In this document: one piece after another, positions 51,801 through 64,000 of the stretch
Layout: every line of letters starts with the position of its first letter
Position numbering within the stretch: the first letter of the stretch is position 1
Assembly: GCF_964355755.1 (NCBI RefSeq)
Contig: NC_092670.1
Location: forward strand, 27,516,388 to 27,580,387
Direction of reading: 5' to 3'
Source of the DNA: Antedon mediterranea
Taxonomy: Eukaryota > Animalia > Echinodermata
Length of the DNA: 64,000 bases
The notes under the pieces: generated by a model
Told to the model about the DNA's origin: nothing
Database searches by the model: none
The model's input: the letters and a program-made list of their open reading frames with translations, nothing else
Translations under genes and position numbers: made by a program

Positions 51801-52870
51801 TTCGAAAATCACAAAATGGTGTAAAACGTCTCCAAATGCGATTTGAAGGTATTCTAAGCACTTTGGTGTTTTTATGTTAACAAGTTTTTTCGAAAATCAC
51901 AAAATGGTGTAAAACTTCTCCAAATACGATTTTAAGCTATTCTAAGCAATTTGGTGTTTTTATGTTAACAAGTTTTTTCGAAAATCACAAAATGGTCTAA
52001 AACGTCTCCAAATGCGATTTGAAGTTATTCTGTACACTTTGCTGTTTTGTGAGAATAATTTTTGTCGAAATGCTCAAAATGGTCAAAAACGTTTTTAAAT
52101 ACGATATTAAGCTATTTTGTGCTCTTTGATGTTTTTGTGTGAAAAGTTTTATCGAAATGCTCAAAATGGTCTAAAACGGTTTCTAATGTGATTTTAAGCA
52201 CTTTGATGTTTTTATGTTAACAACTTTTTTAGAAAATTACAAAATGGTGTAAAACGTCTCCAAATGCGATTTGAAGCTATTCTAAGCAATTTGGTGTTTT
52301 TATGTTAACAAGTTTTTTCGAAATTCACAAAAGTCTCCAAATGCGATTTGAAGCTATTCTAAGCACTTTTGTGTTTTTATGTTAACAAGTTTTTTCGAAA
52401 ATCACAAAATGGTCTAAAACGTCTACAAATGCGATTTGAAGCTATTCTAAGCACTTTGGTGTTTTTATGTTAACAAGTTTTTTTCGAAAATCACAAAATG
52501 GTATAAAACGTCTCCAAATGCGATTTGAAGATTTTCTAAGCACTTTGGTGTTTTTATGTTTACAAGTTTTTTCGAAAATCACAAAATGGTCTAAAACGTC
52601 TCCAAATGCGATTTGAAGCTATTCTGTACACTTTGCTGTTTTGTTTGAATAATTTTTGTCAAAATGCTCAAAATGGTCAAAAACGTTTTTAAATACTATA
52701 TTAAGCTATTTTGTGTTCTTTGATGTTTTTGTGTGAAAAGTTTTATCGAAATGCTCAAAATGGTCTAAAACGGTTTCTAATGTGATTTTAAGCACTTTGA
52801 TGTTTTTATGTTAACAACTTTTTTAGAAAATCACAAAATGGTCTAAAACGTCTCCAAATGCGATTTGAAG
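39826..52870 (+). repeat. Large block duplication with 7245-bp offset (copies ~39826-45625 and ~47071-52870)
   Basis: GTGGAAAA 40581/47826, AGTAATT 40181/47426, AGATTTATCG 42911/50156, the 11-bp deletion monomer 45081/52326 and the ORFs at 42679/49924 all share the offset. Confidence 0.92.
45010..47610 (+). repeat. 1286-bp (15-monomer) tandem duplication nested at the junction of the 7245-bp duplication
   Basis: CACAAAAGTCTCC at 45081/46367 and GTAATTC at 46141/47427. 1286=2x252+9x88-11+1. Confidence 0.87.
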
Positions 52871-53899
52871 TAATTCTAAGCACTTTGGTGTTTTTATGGT
52901 AACGAGTTTTTTTGAATATCACAAAATGGTCTAAAATGTCTCCAAATGCGATTTGAAGCTTTTCTAAGCACTTTAGTGTTTTTATGGTAACGAGTTATTT
53001 CGAAAATCACAAAATGGTCTAAAACGTCTCCAAATGCGATTTGAAGCTATTCTGTACACTTTGCTGTTTTGTGTGAATAATTTTTGTCAAAATGCTCAAA
53101 ATGGTCAAAAACGTTTTTTAATACTATATTAAGCTATTTTGTGCTCTTTGATGTTTTTGTGTGAAAAGTTTTATCGAAATGCTCAAAATGGTCTAAAACG
53201 GTTTCTAATGTGATTTTAAGCACTTTGATGTTTTTATGTTAACAACTTTTTTAGAAAATCACAAAATGGTCTAAAACGTCTCCAAATGCGATTTGAAGCT
53301 ATTCTAAGCACTTTGGTGTTTTTATGGTAACGAGTTTTTTTGAATATCACAAAATGGTCTAAAATGTCTCCAAATGCGATTTGAAGCTTTTCTAAGCACT
53401 TTGGTGTTTTTATGTTAACAAGTTTTTTCGAAAATCACAAAATGGTCTAAAACGTCTCCAAATGTGATTTGAAGCTATTCTAAACACTTTGGTGTTTTTA
53501 TGTTAACAAGTTTTTTCGAAAATCACAAATTGGTCTAAAACGTCTCCAAATGCGATTTGAAGCTATTTTAAGCACTTTGGTGTTTTTGTGTAACCAAGTT
53601 TTTTCGAAAATCACAAAAGGGTCTAAAATGTCTCAAAATGCGATTTGAAGCTATTCTGTACACTTTGATGTTTTTTTTGTTAACAAGTTTTTTCGAAAGT
53701 CACAAAATGGTCTAAAACGTCTCCAAATGCGATTTGAAGCTATTCTAAGCACTTTGGTGTTTTTATGTTAACAAGTTTTTTCGAAAATCACAAAATGGTC
53801 TAAAACGTCTCCAAATGCGATTTGAAGCTATTCTAAGCAATTTGGTGTTTTTATGTTAACAAGTTTTTTCGAAAATCACAAAATGGTCTAAAATGTCTC

Positions 53900-56800
53900 C
53901 AAATGCGATTTGAAGCTTTTCTAAGCACTTTGGTGTTTTTATGTTAACAAGTTTTTTCGAAAATCACAAAATGGTCTAAAACGTCTCCAAATGCGATTTG
54001 AAGCTATTCTGTACACTTTGCTGTTTTGTGTGAATAATTTTTGTCGAAATGCTCAAAATGGTCAAAAACGTTTTTAAATACGATATTAAGCTATTTTGTG
54101 CTCTTTGATGTTTTTGTGTGAAAAGTTTTATCGAAATGCTCAAAATGGTCTAAAACGGTTTCTAATGTGATTTTAAGCACTTTGATGTTTTTATGTTAAC
54201 AACTTTTTTAGAAAATCACAAAATGGTCTAAAACGTCTCCAAATGCGATTTGAAGCAATTCTTAGCACTTTGGTGTTTTTATGGTAACGAGTTTTTTTGA
54301 ATATCACAAAATGGTCTAAAATGTCTCCAAATGCGATTTGAAGCTTTTCTAAGCACTTTGGTGTTTTTATGGTAACGAGTTATTTCGAAAATCACAAAAT
54401 GGTCTAAAACGTCTCCAAATGCGATTTGAAGCTATTCTGTACACTTTGCTGTTTTGTGTGAATAATTTTTGTCAAAATGCTCAAAATGGTCAAAAACGTT
54501 TTTAAATACTATATTAAGCTATTTTGTGCTCTTTGATGTTTTTGTGTGAAAAGTTTTATCGAAATGCTCAAAATGGTCTAAAACGGTTTCTAATGTGATT
54601 TTAAGCACTTTGATGTTTTTATGTTAACAACTTTTTTAGAAAATTACAAAATGGTGTAAAACGTCTCCAAATGCGATTTGAAGCTATTCTAAGCAATTTG
54701 GTGTTTTTATGTTAACAAGTTTTTTCGAAAATCACAAAATGGTCTAAAACGTCTCCAAATGCGATTTGAAGCAATTCTAAGCACTTTTGTGTTTTTATGT
54801 TAACAAGTTTTTTCGAAAATCACAAAATGGTCTAAAATGTCTCCAAATGCGATTTGAAGCTTTTCTAAGCACTTTTGTGTTTTTATGTTTACAAGTTTTT
54901 TCGAAAATCACAAAATGGTCTAAAACGTCTCCAAATGCGATTTGAAGCTATTCTGTACACTTTGCTGTTTTGTGTGAATAATTTTTGTCAAAATGCTCAA
55001 AATGGTCAAAAACGTTTTTAAATACTATATTAAGCTATTTTGTGTTCTTTGATGTTTTTATGTGAAAAGTTTTATCGAAATGCTCAAAATGGTCTAAAAC
55101 GGTTTCTAATGTGATTTTAAGAACTTTGTTGTTTTTATGTTAAAAACTTTTTTAGAAAATCACAAAATGGTCTAAAACGTCTCCAAATGCGATTTGAAGC
55201 AATTCTAAGCACTTTGGTGTTTTTATGTTAACACGTTTTTTCGAAAATCACAAAATGGTCTACAACGTCTCCAAATGCGATTTGAAGCTATTCTAAGCAC
55301 TTTGGTGTTTTTATGTTAATAAGTTTTTTCGAAAATCACAAAGTGGTATAAAACGTCTCCAAATGCGATTTTAAGGTATTCTAAGCACTTTGGTGTTTTT
55401 ATGTTAACAAGTTTTTTCGAAAATCACAAAATGGTCTAAAACGTCTCCAAATGTGATTTGAAGCTATTCTAAACACTTTGGTGTTTTTATGTTAACAAGT
55501 TTTTTCGAAAATCACAAATTGGTCTAAAACGTCTCCAAATGCGATTTGAAGCTATTTTAAGCACTTTGGTGTTTTTTTGTAACCAAGTTTTTTCGAAAAT
55601 CACAAAAGGGTCTAAAATGTCTCAAAATGCGATTTGAAGCTATTCTGTACACTTTGATGTTTTTATGTTAACAACTTTTTTAGAAAATAACAAAATGGTC
55701 TAAAACGTCTCCAAATGCGATTTGAAGCAATTCTAAGCACTTTGGTGTTTTTATGGTAACGAGTTTTTTTGAATATCACAAAATGGTCTAAAATGTCTCC
55801 AAATGCGATTTGAAGCTTTTCTAAGCACTTTGGTGTTTTTATGTTAACAAGTTTTTTCGAAAATCACAAAATGGTCTAAAACGTCTCCAAATGCGATTTG
55901 AAGCTATTCTGTACACTTTGCTGTTTTGTGTGAATAATTTTTGTCGAAATGCTCAAAATGGTCAAAAACGTTTTTAAATACGATATTAAGCTATTTTGTG
56001 CTCTTTGATGTTTTTGTGTGAAAAGTTTTATCGAAATGCTCAAAATGGTCTAAAACGGTTTCTAATGTGATTTTAAGCACTTTGATGTTTTTATGTTAAC
56101 AACTTTTTTAGAAAATCACAAAATGGTCTAAAACGTCTCCAAATGCGATTTGAAGCAATTCTAAGCACTTTGGTGTTTTTATGGTAACGAGTTTTTTTGA
56201 ATATCACAAAATGGTCTAAAATGTCTCCAAATGCGATTTGAAGCTTTTCTAAGCACTTTGGTGTTTTTATGTTTACAAGTTTTTTCGAAAATCACAAAAT
56301 GGTCTAAAACGGCTCCAAATACGATTTGAAGCTATTCTAAGCACTTTGGTGTTTTTATGTTAACAAGTTTTTTCGAAAATCACAAAATGGTCTAAAACGT
56401 CTCCAAATGCGATTTGAAGCTATTCTAAGCACTTTGGTGTTTTTATGTTAACAAGTTTTTTCGAAAATCACAAAATGGTGTAAAACGTCTCCAAATGCGA
56501 TTTGAAGCTATTCTAAGCAATTTTGTGTTTTTATGTTAAAAAGTTTTTTCGAAAATCACAAAATGGTCTAAAACGTCTCCAAATGCGATTTGAAGCTATT
56601 CTAAGCACTTTTGTGTTTTTATGTTAACAAGTTTTTTCGAAAATCACAAAATGGTCTAAAATGTCTCAAAATGCGATTTGAAGCTATTCTGTACACTTTG
56701 CTGTTTTGTGTGAATAATTTTTGTCAAAATGCTCAAAATGGTCAAAAACGTTTTTAAATACTATATTAAGCTATTTTGTGTTCTTTGATGTTTTTGTGTG

Positions 56801-59800
56801 AAAAGTTTTTTCGAAATGCTCAAAATGGTCTAAAACGGTTTCTAATGTGATTTTAAGCACTTTGATGTTTTTATGTTAACAACTTTTTTAGAAAAATACA
56901 AAATGGTCTAAAACGTCTCCAAATGCGATTTGAAGCAATTCTAAGCACTTTGGTGTTTTTATGTTAACAAGTTTTTTCGAAAATCACAAAATGGTCTAAA
57001 ACGTCTCCAAATGCGATTTGAAGCTATTCTGTACACTTTGCTGTTTTGTGTGAATAATTTTTGTCGAAATGCTCAAAATGGTCAAAAACGTTTTTAAATA
57101 CGATATTAAGCTATTTTGTGCTCTTTGATGTTTTTGTGTGAAAAGTTTTATCGAAATGCTCAAAATGGTCTAAAACGGTTTCTAATGTGATTTTAAGCAC
57201 TTTGGTGTTTTTATGTTAACAAGTTTTTTCGAAAATCACAAAATGGTCTAAAACGTCTCCAAATGTGATTTGAAGCTATTCTAAACACTTTGGTGTTTTT
57301 ATGTTAACAAGTTTTTTCGAAAATCACAAATTGGTCTAAAACGTCTCCAAATGCGATTTGAAGCTATTTTAAGCACTTTGGTGTTTTTGTGTAACCAAGT
57401 TTTTTCGAAAATCACAAAAGGGTCTAAAATGTCTCAAAATGCGATTTGAAGCTATTCTGTACACTTTGATGTTTTTTTGTTAACAAGTTTTTTCGAAACT
57501 CACAAAATGGTCTAAAACGTCTCCAAATCCGATTTGAAGCTATTCTAAGCACTTTGCTGTTTTGTGTGAATAATTTTTGTCGAAATGCTCAAAATGGTCA
57601 AAAACGTTTTTAAATACGATATTAAGCTATTTTGTGCTCTTTGATGTTTTTGTGTGAAAAGTTTTATCGAAATGCTCAAAATGGTCTAAAACGGTTTCTA
57701 ATGTGATTTTAAGCACTTTGATGTTTTTATGTTAACAACTTTTTTAGAAAATCACAAAATGGTCTAAAACGTCTCCAAATGCGATTTGAAGCAATTCTAA
57801 GCACTTTGGTGTTTTTATGGTAACGAGTTTTTTTGAATATCACAAAATGGTCTAAAATGTCTCCAAATGCGATTTGAAGCTTTTCTAAGCACTTTGGTGT
57901 TTTTATGTTAACAAGTTTTTTCGAAAATCACAAAATGGTCTAAAACGTCTCCAAATGCGATTTGAAGCTATTCTGTACACTTTGCTGTTTTGTGTGAATA
58001 ATTTTTGTCGAAATGCTCAAAATGGTCAAAAACGTTTTTAAATACGATATTAAGCTATTTTGTGCTCTTTGATGTTTTTGTGTGAAAAGTTTTATCGAAA
58101 TGCTCAAAATGGTCTAAAACGGTTTCTAATGTGATTTTAAGCACTTTGATGTTTTTATGTTAACAACTTTTTTAGAAAATCACAAAATGGTCTAAAACGT
58201 CTCCAAATGCGATTTGAAGCAATTCTAAGCACTTTGGTGTTTTTATGGTAACGAGTTTTTTTGAATATCACAAAATGGTCTAAAATGTCTCCAAATGCGA
58301 TTTGAAGCTTTTCTAAGCACTTTGGTGTTTTTATGGTAACGAGTTATTTCGAAAATCACAAAATGGTCTAAAACGTCTCCAAATGCGATTTGAAGCTATT
58401 CTGTACACTTTGCTGTTTTGTGTGAATAATTTTTGTCAAAATGCTCAAAATGGTCAAAAACGTTTTTAAATACTATATTAAGCTATTTTGTGCTCTTTGA
58501 TGTTTTTGTGTGAAAAGTTTTATCGAAATGCTCAAAATGGTCTAAAACGGTTTCTAATGTGATTTTAAGCACTTTGATGTTTTTATGTTAACAACTTTTT
58601 TAGAAAATTACAAAATGGTGTAAAACGTCTCCAAATGCGATTTGAAGCTATTCTAAGCAATTTGGTGTTTTTATGTTAACAAGTTTTTTCGAAAATCACA
58701 AAATGGTATAAAACGTCTCCAAATGCGATTTGAAGCTATTCTAAGCACTTTTGTGTTTTTATGTTAACAAGTTTTTTCAAAAATCACAAAATGGTCTAAA
58801 ATGTCTCCAAATGCGATTTGAAGCTTTTCTAAGCACTTTTGTGTTTTTATGTTTACAAGTTTTTTCGAAAATCACAAAATGGTCTAAAACGTCTCCAAAT
58901 GCAATTTGAAGCTATTCTGTACACTTTGCTGTTTTGTGTGAATAATTTTTGTCAAAATGCTCAAAATGGTCAAAAACGTTTTTAAATACTATATTAAGCT
59001 ATTTTGTGTTCTTTGATGTTTTTATGTGAAAAGTTTTATCGAAATGCTCAAAATGGTCTAAAACGGTTTCTAATGTGATTTTAAGAACTTTGATGTTTTT
59101 ATGTTAAAAACTTTTTTAGAAAATCACAAAATGGTCTAAAACGTCTCCAAATGCGATTTGAAGCAATTCTAAGCACTTTGGTGTTTTTATGTTAACACGT
59201 TTTTTCGAAAATCACAAAATGGTCTACAACGTCTCCAAATGCGATTTGAAGCTATTCTAAGCACTTTGGTGTTTTTATGTTAACAAGTTTTTTCGAAAAT
59301 CACAAAGTGGTATAAAACGTCTCCAAATGCGATTTTAAGGTATTCTAAGCACTTTGGTGTTTTTATGTTAACAAGTTTTTTCGAAAATCACAAAATGGTC
59401 TAAAACGTCTCCAAATGTGATTTGAAGCTATTCTAAACACTTTGGTGTTTTTATGTTAACAAGTTTTTTCGAAAATCACAAATTGGTCTAAAACGTCTCC
59501 AAATGCGATTTGAAGCTATTTTAAGCACTTTGGTGTTTTTGTGTAACCAAGTTTTTTCGAAAATCACAAAAGGGTCTAAAATGTCTCAAAATGCGATTTG
59601 AAGCTATTCTGTACACTTTGATGTTTTTATGTTAACAACTTTTTTAGAAAATCACAAAATGGTCTAAAACGTCTCCAAATGCAATTTGAAGCAATTCTAA
59701 GCACTTTGGTGTTTTTATGGTAACGAGTTTTTTTGAATATCACAAAATGGTCTAAAATGTCTCCAAATGCGATTTGAAGCTTTTCTAAGCACTTTGGTGT

Positions 59801-62800
59801 TTTTATGTTAACAAGTTTTTTCGAAAATCACAAAATGGTCTAAAACGTCTCCAAATGCGATTTGAAGCTATTCTGTACACTTTGCTGTTTTGTGTGAATA
59901 ATTTTTGTCGAAATGCTCAAAATGGTCAAAAACGTTTTTAAATACGATATTAAGCTATTTTGTGCTCTTTGATGTTTTTGTGTGAAAAGTTTTATCGAAA
60001 TGCTCAAAATGGTCTAAAACGGTTTCTAATGTGATTTTAAGCACTTTGATGTTTTTATGTTAACAACTTTTTTAGAAAATCACAAAATGGTCTAAAACGT
60101 CTCCAAATGCGATTTGAAGCAATTCTAAGCAATTTGGTGTTTTTATGGTAACGAGTTTTTTTGAATATCACAAAATGGTCTAAAATGTCTCCAAATGCGA
60201 TTTGAAGCTTTTCTAAGCACTTTGGTGTTTTTATGTTTACAAGTTTTTTCGAAAATCACAAAATGGTCTAAAACGGCTCCAAATACGATTTGAAGCTATT
60301 CTAAGCACTTGGTGTTTTTATGTTAACAAGTTTTTTCGAAAATCACAAAATGGTCTAAAAAGTCTCCAAATGCGATTTGAAGCTATTCTAAGCACTTTGG
60401 TGTTTTTATGTTAACAAGTTTTTTCGAAAATCACAAAATGGTGTAAAACGTCTCCAAATGCGATTTGAAGCTATTCTAAGCAATTTTGTGTTTTTATGTT
60501 AACAAGTTTTTTCGAAAATCACAAAATGGTCTAAAACGTCTCCAAATGCGATTTGAAGCTATTCTAAGCACTTTTGTGTTTTTATGTTAACAAGTTTTTT
60601 CGAAAATCACAAAATGGTCTAAAATGTCTCAAAATGCGATTTGAAGCTATTCTGTACACTTTGCTGTTTTGTGTGAATAATTTTTGTCAAAATGCTCAAA
60701 ATGGTCAAAAACGTTTTTAAATACTATATTAAGCTATTTTGTGTTCTTTGATGTTTTTGTGTGAAAAGTTTTTTTGAAATGCTCAAAATGGTCTAAAACG
60801 GTTTCTAATGTGATTTTAAGCACTTTGATGTTTTTATGTTAACAACTTTTTTAGAAAATTACAAAATGGTCTAAAACGTCTCCAAATGCGATTTGAAGCA
60901 ATTCTAAGCACTTTGGTGTTTTTATGTTAACAAGTTTTTTCGAAAATCACAAAATGGTCTAAAACGTCTCCAAATGCTATTTGAAGCTATTCTGTACACT
61001 TTGCTGTTTTGTGTGAATAATTTTTGTTGAAATGCTCAAAATGGTCAAAAACGTTTTTAAATACGATATTAAGCTATTTTGTGCTCTTTGATGTTTTTGT
61101 GTGAAAAGTTTTATCTAAATGCTCAAAATGGTCTAAAACGGTTTCTCATGTGATTTTAAGCACTTTGGTGTTTTTATGTTAACAAGTTTTTTCGAAAATC
61201 ACAAAATGGTCTAAAATGTCTCCAAATGCGATTTGAAGCTTTTCTAAGCACTTTGGTGTTTTTATGTTAACAAGTTTTTTCGAAAATCACAAAATGGTCT
61301 AAAACGTCTCCAAATGTGATTTGAAGCTATTCTAAACACTTTGGTGTTTTTATGTTAACAAGTTTTTTCGAAAATCACAAATTGGTCTAAAACGTCTCCA
61401 AATGCGATTTGAAGCAATTCTAAGCACTTTGGTGTTTTTATGTTAACAAGTTTTTTTCGAAAATCACAAAATGGTCTAAAACCTCTCCAAATGCGATTTG
61501 AAGCTATTCTGTACACTTTGCTTTTTTGTGTGAATAATTTTTGTCGAAATGCTCAAAATGGTCAAAAACGTTTTTAAATACGATATTAAGCTATTTTGTG
61601 CTCTTTGATGTTTTTGTGTGAAAAGTTTTATCGAAATGCTCAAAATGGTCTAAAACGGTTTCTAATGTGATTTTAAGCACTTTGGTGTTTTTATGTTAAC
61701 AAGTTTTTTCGAAAATCACAAAATGGTCTAAAACGTCTCCAAATGTGATTTGAAGCTATTCTAAACACTTTGGTGTTTTTATGTTAACAAGTTTTTTCGA
61801 AAATCACAAATTGGTCTAAAACGTCTCCAAATGCGATTTGAAGCTATTTTAAGCACTTTGGTGTTTTTGTGTAACCAAGTTTTTTCGAAAATCACAAAAG
61901 GGTCTAAAATGTCTCAAAATGCGATTTGAAGCTATTCTGTACACTTTGATGTTTTTTTGTTAACAAGTTTTTTCGAAAGTCACAAAATGGTCTAAAACGT
62001 CTCCAAATGCGATTTGAAGCTATTCTAAGCACTTTGCTGTTTTGTGTGAATAATTTTTGTCGAAATGCTCAAAATGGTCAAAAACGTTTTTAAATACGAT
62101 ATTAAGCTATTTTGTGCTCTTTGATGTTTTTGTGTGAAAAGTTTTATCGAAATGCTCAAAATGGTCTAAAACGGTTTCTAATGTGATTTTAAGCACTTTG
62201 ATGTTTTTATGTTAACAACTTTTTTAGAAAATCACAAAATGGTCTAAAACGTCTCCAAATGCGATTTGAAGCAATTCTAAGCACTTTGGTGTTTTTATGG
62301 TAACGAGTTTTTTTGAATATCACAAAATGGTCTAAAATGTCTCCAAATGCGATTTGAAGCTTTTCTAAGCACTTTGGTGTTTTTATGTTAACAAGTTTTT
62401 TCGAAAATCACAAAATGGTCTAAAACGTCTCCAAATGCGATTTGAAGCTATTCTGTACACTTTGCTGTTTTGTGTGAATAATTTTTGTCGAAATGCTCAA
62501 AATGGTCAAAAACGTTTTTAAATACGATATTAAGCTATTTTGTGCTCTTTGATGTTTTTGTGTGAAAAGTTTTATCGAAATGCTCAAAATGGTCTAAAAC
62601 GGTTTCTAATGTGATTTTAAGCACTTTGATGTTTTTATGTTAACAACTTTTTTAGAAAATCACAAAATGGTCTAAAACGTCTCCAAATGCGATTTGAAGC
62701 AATTCTAAGCACTTTGGTGTTTTTATGGTAACGAGTTTTTTTGAATATCACAAAATGGTCTAAAATGTCTCCAAATGCGATTTGAAGCTTTTCTAAGCAC

Positions 62801-64000
62801 TTTGGTGTTTTTATGGTAACGAGTTATTTCGAAAATCACAAAATGGTCTAAAACGTCTCCAAATGCGATTTGAAGCTATTCTGTACACTTTGCTGTTTTG
62901 TGTGAATAATTTTTGTCAAAATGCTCAAAATGGTCAAAAACGTTTTTAAATACTATATTAAGCTATTTTGTGCTCTTTGATGTTTTTGTGTGAAAAGTTT
63001 TATCGAAATGCTCAAAATGGTCTCAAACGGTTTCTAATGTGATTTTAAGCACTTTGATGTTTTTATGTTAACAACTTTTTTAGAAAATTACAAAATGGTG
63101 TAAAACGTCTCCAAATGCGATTTGAAGCTATTCTAAGCAATTTGGTGTTTTTATGTTAACAAGTTTTTTCGAAAATCACAAAATTGTCTAAAACGTCTCC
63201 AAATGCGATTTGAAGCTATTCTAAGCACTTTTGTGTTTTTATGTTAACAAGTTTTTTCGAAAATCACAAAATGGTCTAAAATGTCTCCAAATGCGATTTG
63301 AAGCTTTTCTAAGCACTTTTGTGTTTTTATGTTTACAAGTTTTTTCGAAAATCACAAAATGGTCTAAAACGTCTCCAAATGCGATTTGAAGCTATTCTGT
63401 ACACTTTGCTGTTTTGTGTGAATAATTTTTGTCAAAATGCTCAAAATGGTCAAAAACGTTTTTAAATACTATATTAAGCTATTTTGTGTTCTTTGATGTT
63501 TTTATGTGAAAAGTTTTATCGTAATGCTCAAAATGGTCTAAAACGGTTTCTAATGTGATTTTAAGAACTTTGATGTTTTTATGTTAAAAACTTTTTTAGA
63601 AAATCACAAAATGGTCTAAAACGTCTCCAAATGCGATTTGAAGCAAATCTAAGCACTTTGGTGTTTTTATGTTAACACGTTTTTTCGAAAATCACAAAAT
63701 GGTCTACAACGTCTCCAAATGCGATTTGAAGCTATTCTAAGCACTTTGGTGTTTTTATGTTAACAAGTTTTTTCGAAAATCACAAAGTGGTATAAAACGT
63801 CTCCAAATGCGATTTTAAGGTATTCTAAGCACTTTGGTGTTTTTATGTTAACAAGTTTTTTCGAAAATCACAAAATGGTCTAAAACGTCTCCAAATGTGA
63901 TTTGAAGCTATTCTAAACACTTTGGTGTTTTTATGTTAACAAGTTTTTTCGAAAATCACAAATTGGTCTAAAACGTCTCCAAATGCGATTTGAAGCTATT
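53900..64000 (+). repeat. Multi-kb super-HOR, ~2.5 related copies with periods 3964 and 4480 bp
   Basis: The marker cluster TTAAAAACTT/AACACG/CTACAACG/AAAGTGG has AACACG at 55230, 59194 and 63674. Confidence 0.82.

Larger units (their letters stand above)
1..64000. repeat. Tandem satellite DNA array, 88-bp monomer with higher-order repeat organisation (centromeric/pericentromeric-like; family unassigned)
   Basis: Every line read matches variants of one 88-bp unit in the same orientation; e.g. TGGTGTTTTT recurs at 5281 and 5369. The array runs off both window ends and no unique sequence was seen. Confidence 0.98.

Noticed and set aside
22412-52870. Near-identical kb-scale duplications as pure assembly artefacts
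   Set aside because: The copies carry scattered distinguishing substitutions (e.g. ~30286 versus ~33734; 41141 versus 48386; CCTCTCC near 42769 versus CATCTCC near 50014), which favours real duplications. Read-level confirmation is still needed.
1-64000. CRISPR-like repeat/spacer interpretation of the regular palindromic units
   Set aside because: There are no unique spacers: the sequence between conserved motifs is itself repeated. No cas genes or leader are present.
1-64000. tRNA-, 5S rRNA- or telomere-derived tandem array (unit length is tRNA-sized)
   Set aside because: I found no cloverleaf, no Pol III A/B box such as GTTCGANNC in proper context, no 5S similarity that I recognise, and no G-rich telomeric motif.

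Overview
The whole 64-kb window is one uninterrupted, single-orientation, AT-rich (~32% GC by consensus count) tandem satellite array. The consensus monomer is 88 bp (AAAATGGTCTAAAACGTCTCCAAATGCGATTTGAAGCTATTCTAAGCACTTTGGTGTTTTTATGTTAACAAGTTTTTTCGAAAATCAC), with roughly 740 monomers estimated from length. I saw no credible gene, RNA gene, CRISPR array or transposon; the nine listed ORFs are copies of two chance open frames in the repeat. The interest is structural. (i) The monomer is a degenerate palindrome with ~10-bp A/T-tract phasing. (ii) A diverged 252-bp trimer cassette (87+87+78 bp) is interspersed among canonical monomers. (iii) Higher-order repeats and recent block duplications are nested, with hand-measured periods of 340, 428, 516, 1286, 1296, 1636, 1812, 3448, 3964, 4480, 5539 and 7245 bp, plus distant paralogous blocks at offsets of ~20.1-20.3 kb and ~51.07 kb. 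(iv) A more disordered, mutation-rich domain lies at ~7.3-13 kb. This resembles eukaryotic centromeric or pericentromeric satellite, but I cannot assign the family, organism or function from sequence alone. All coordinates and periods were counted by eye from diagnostic variants, so block ends are approximate.
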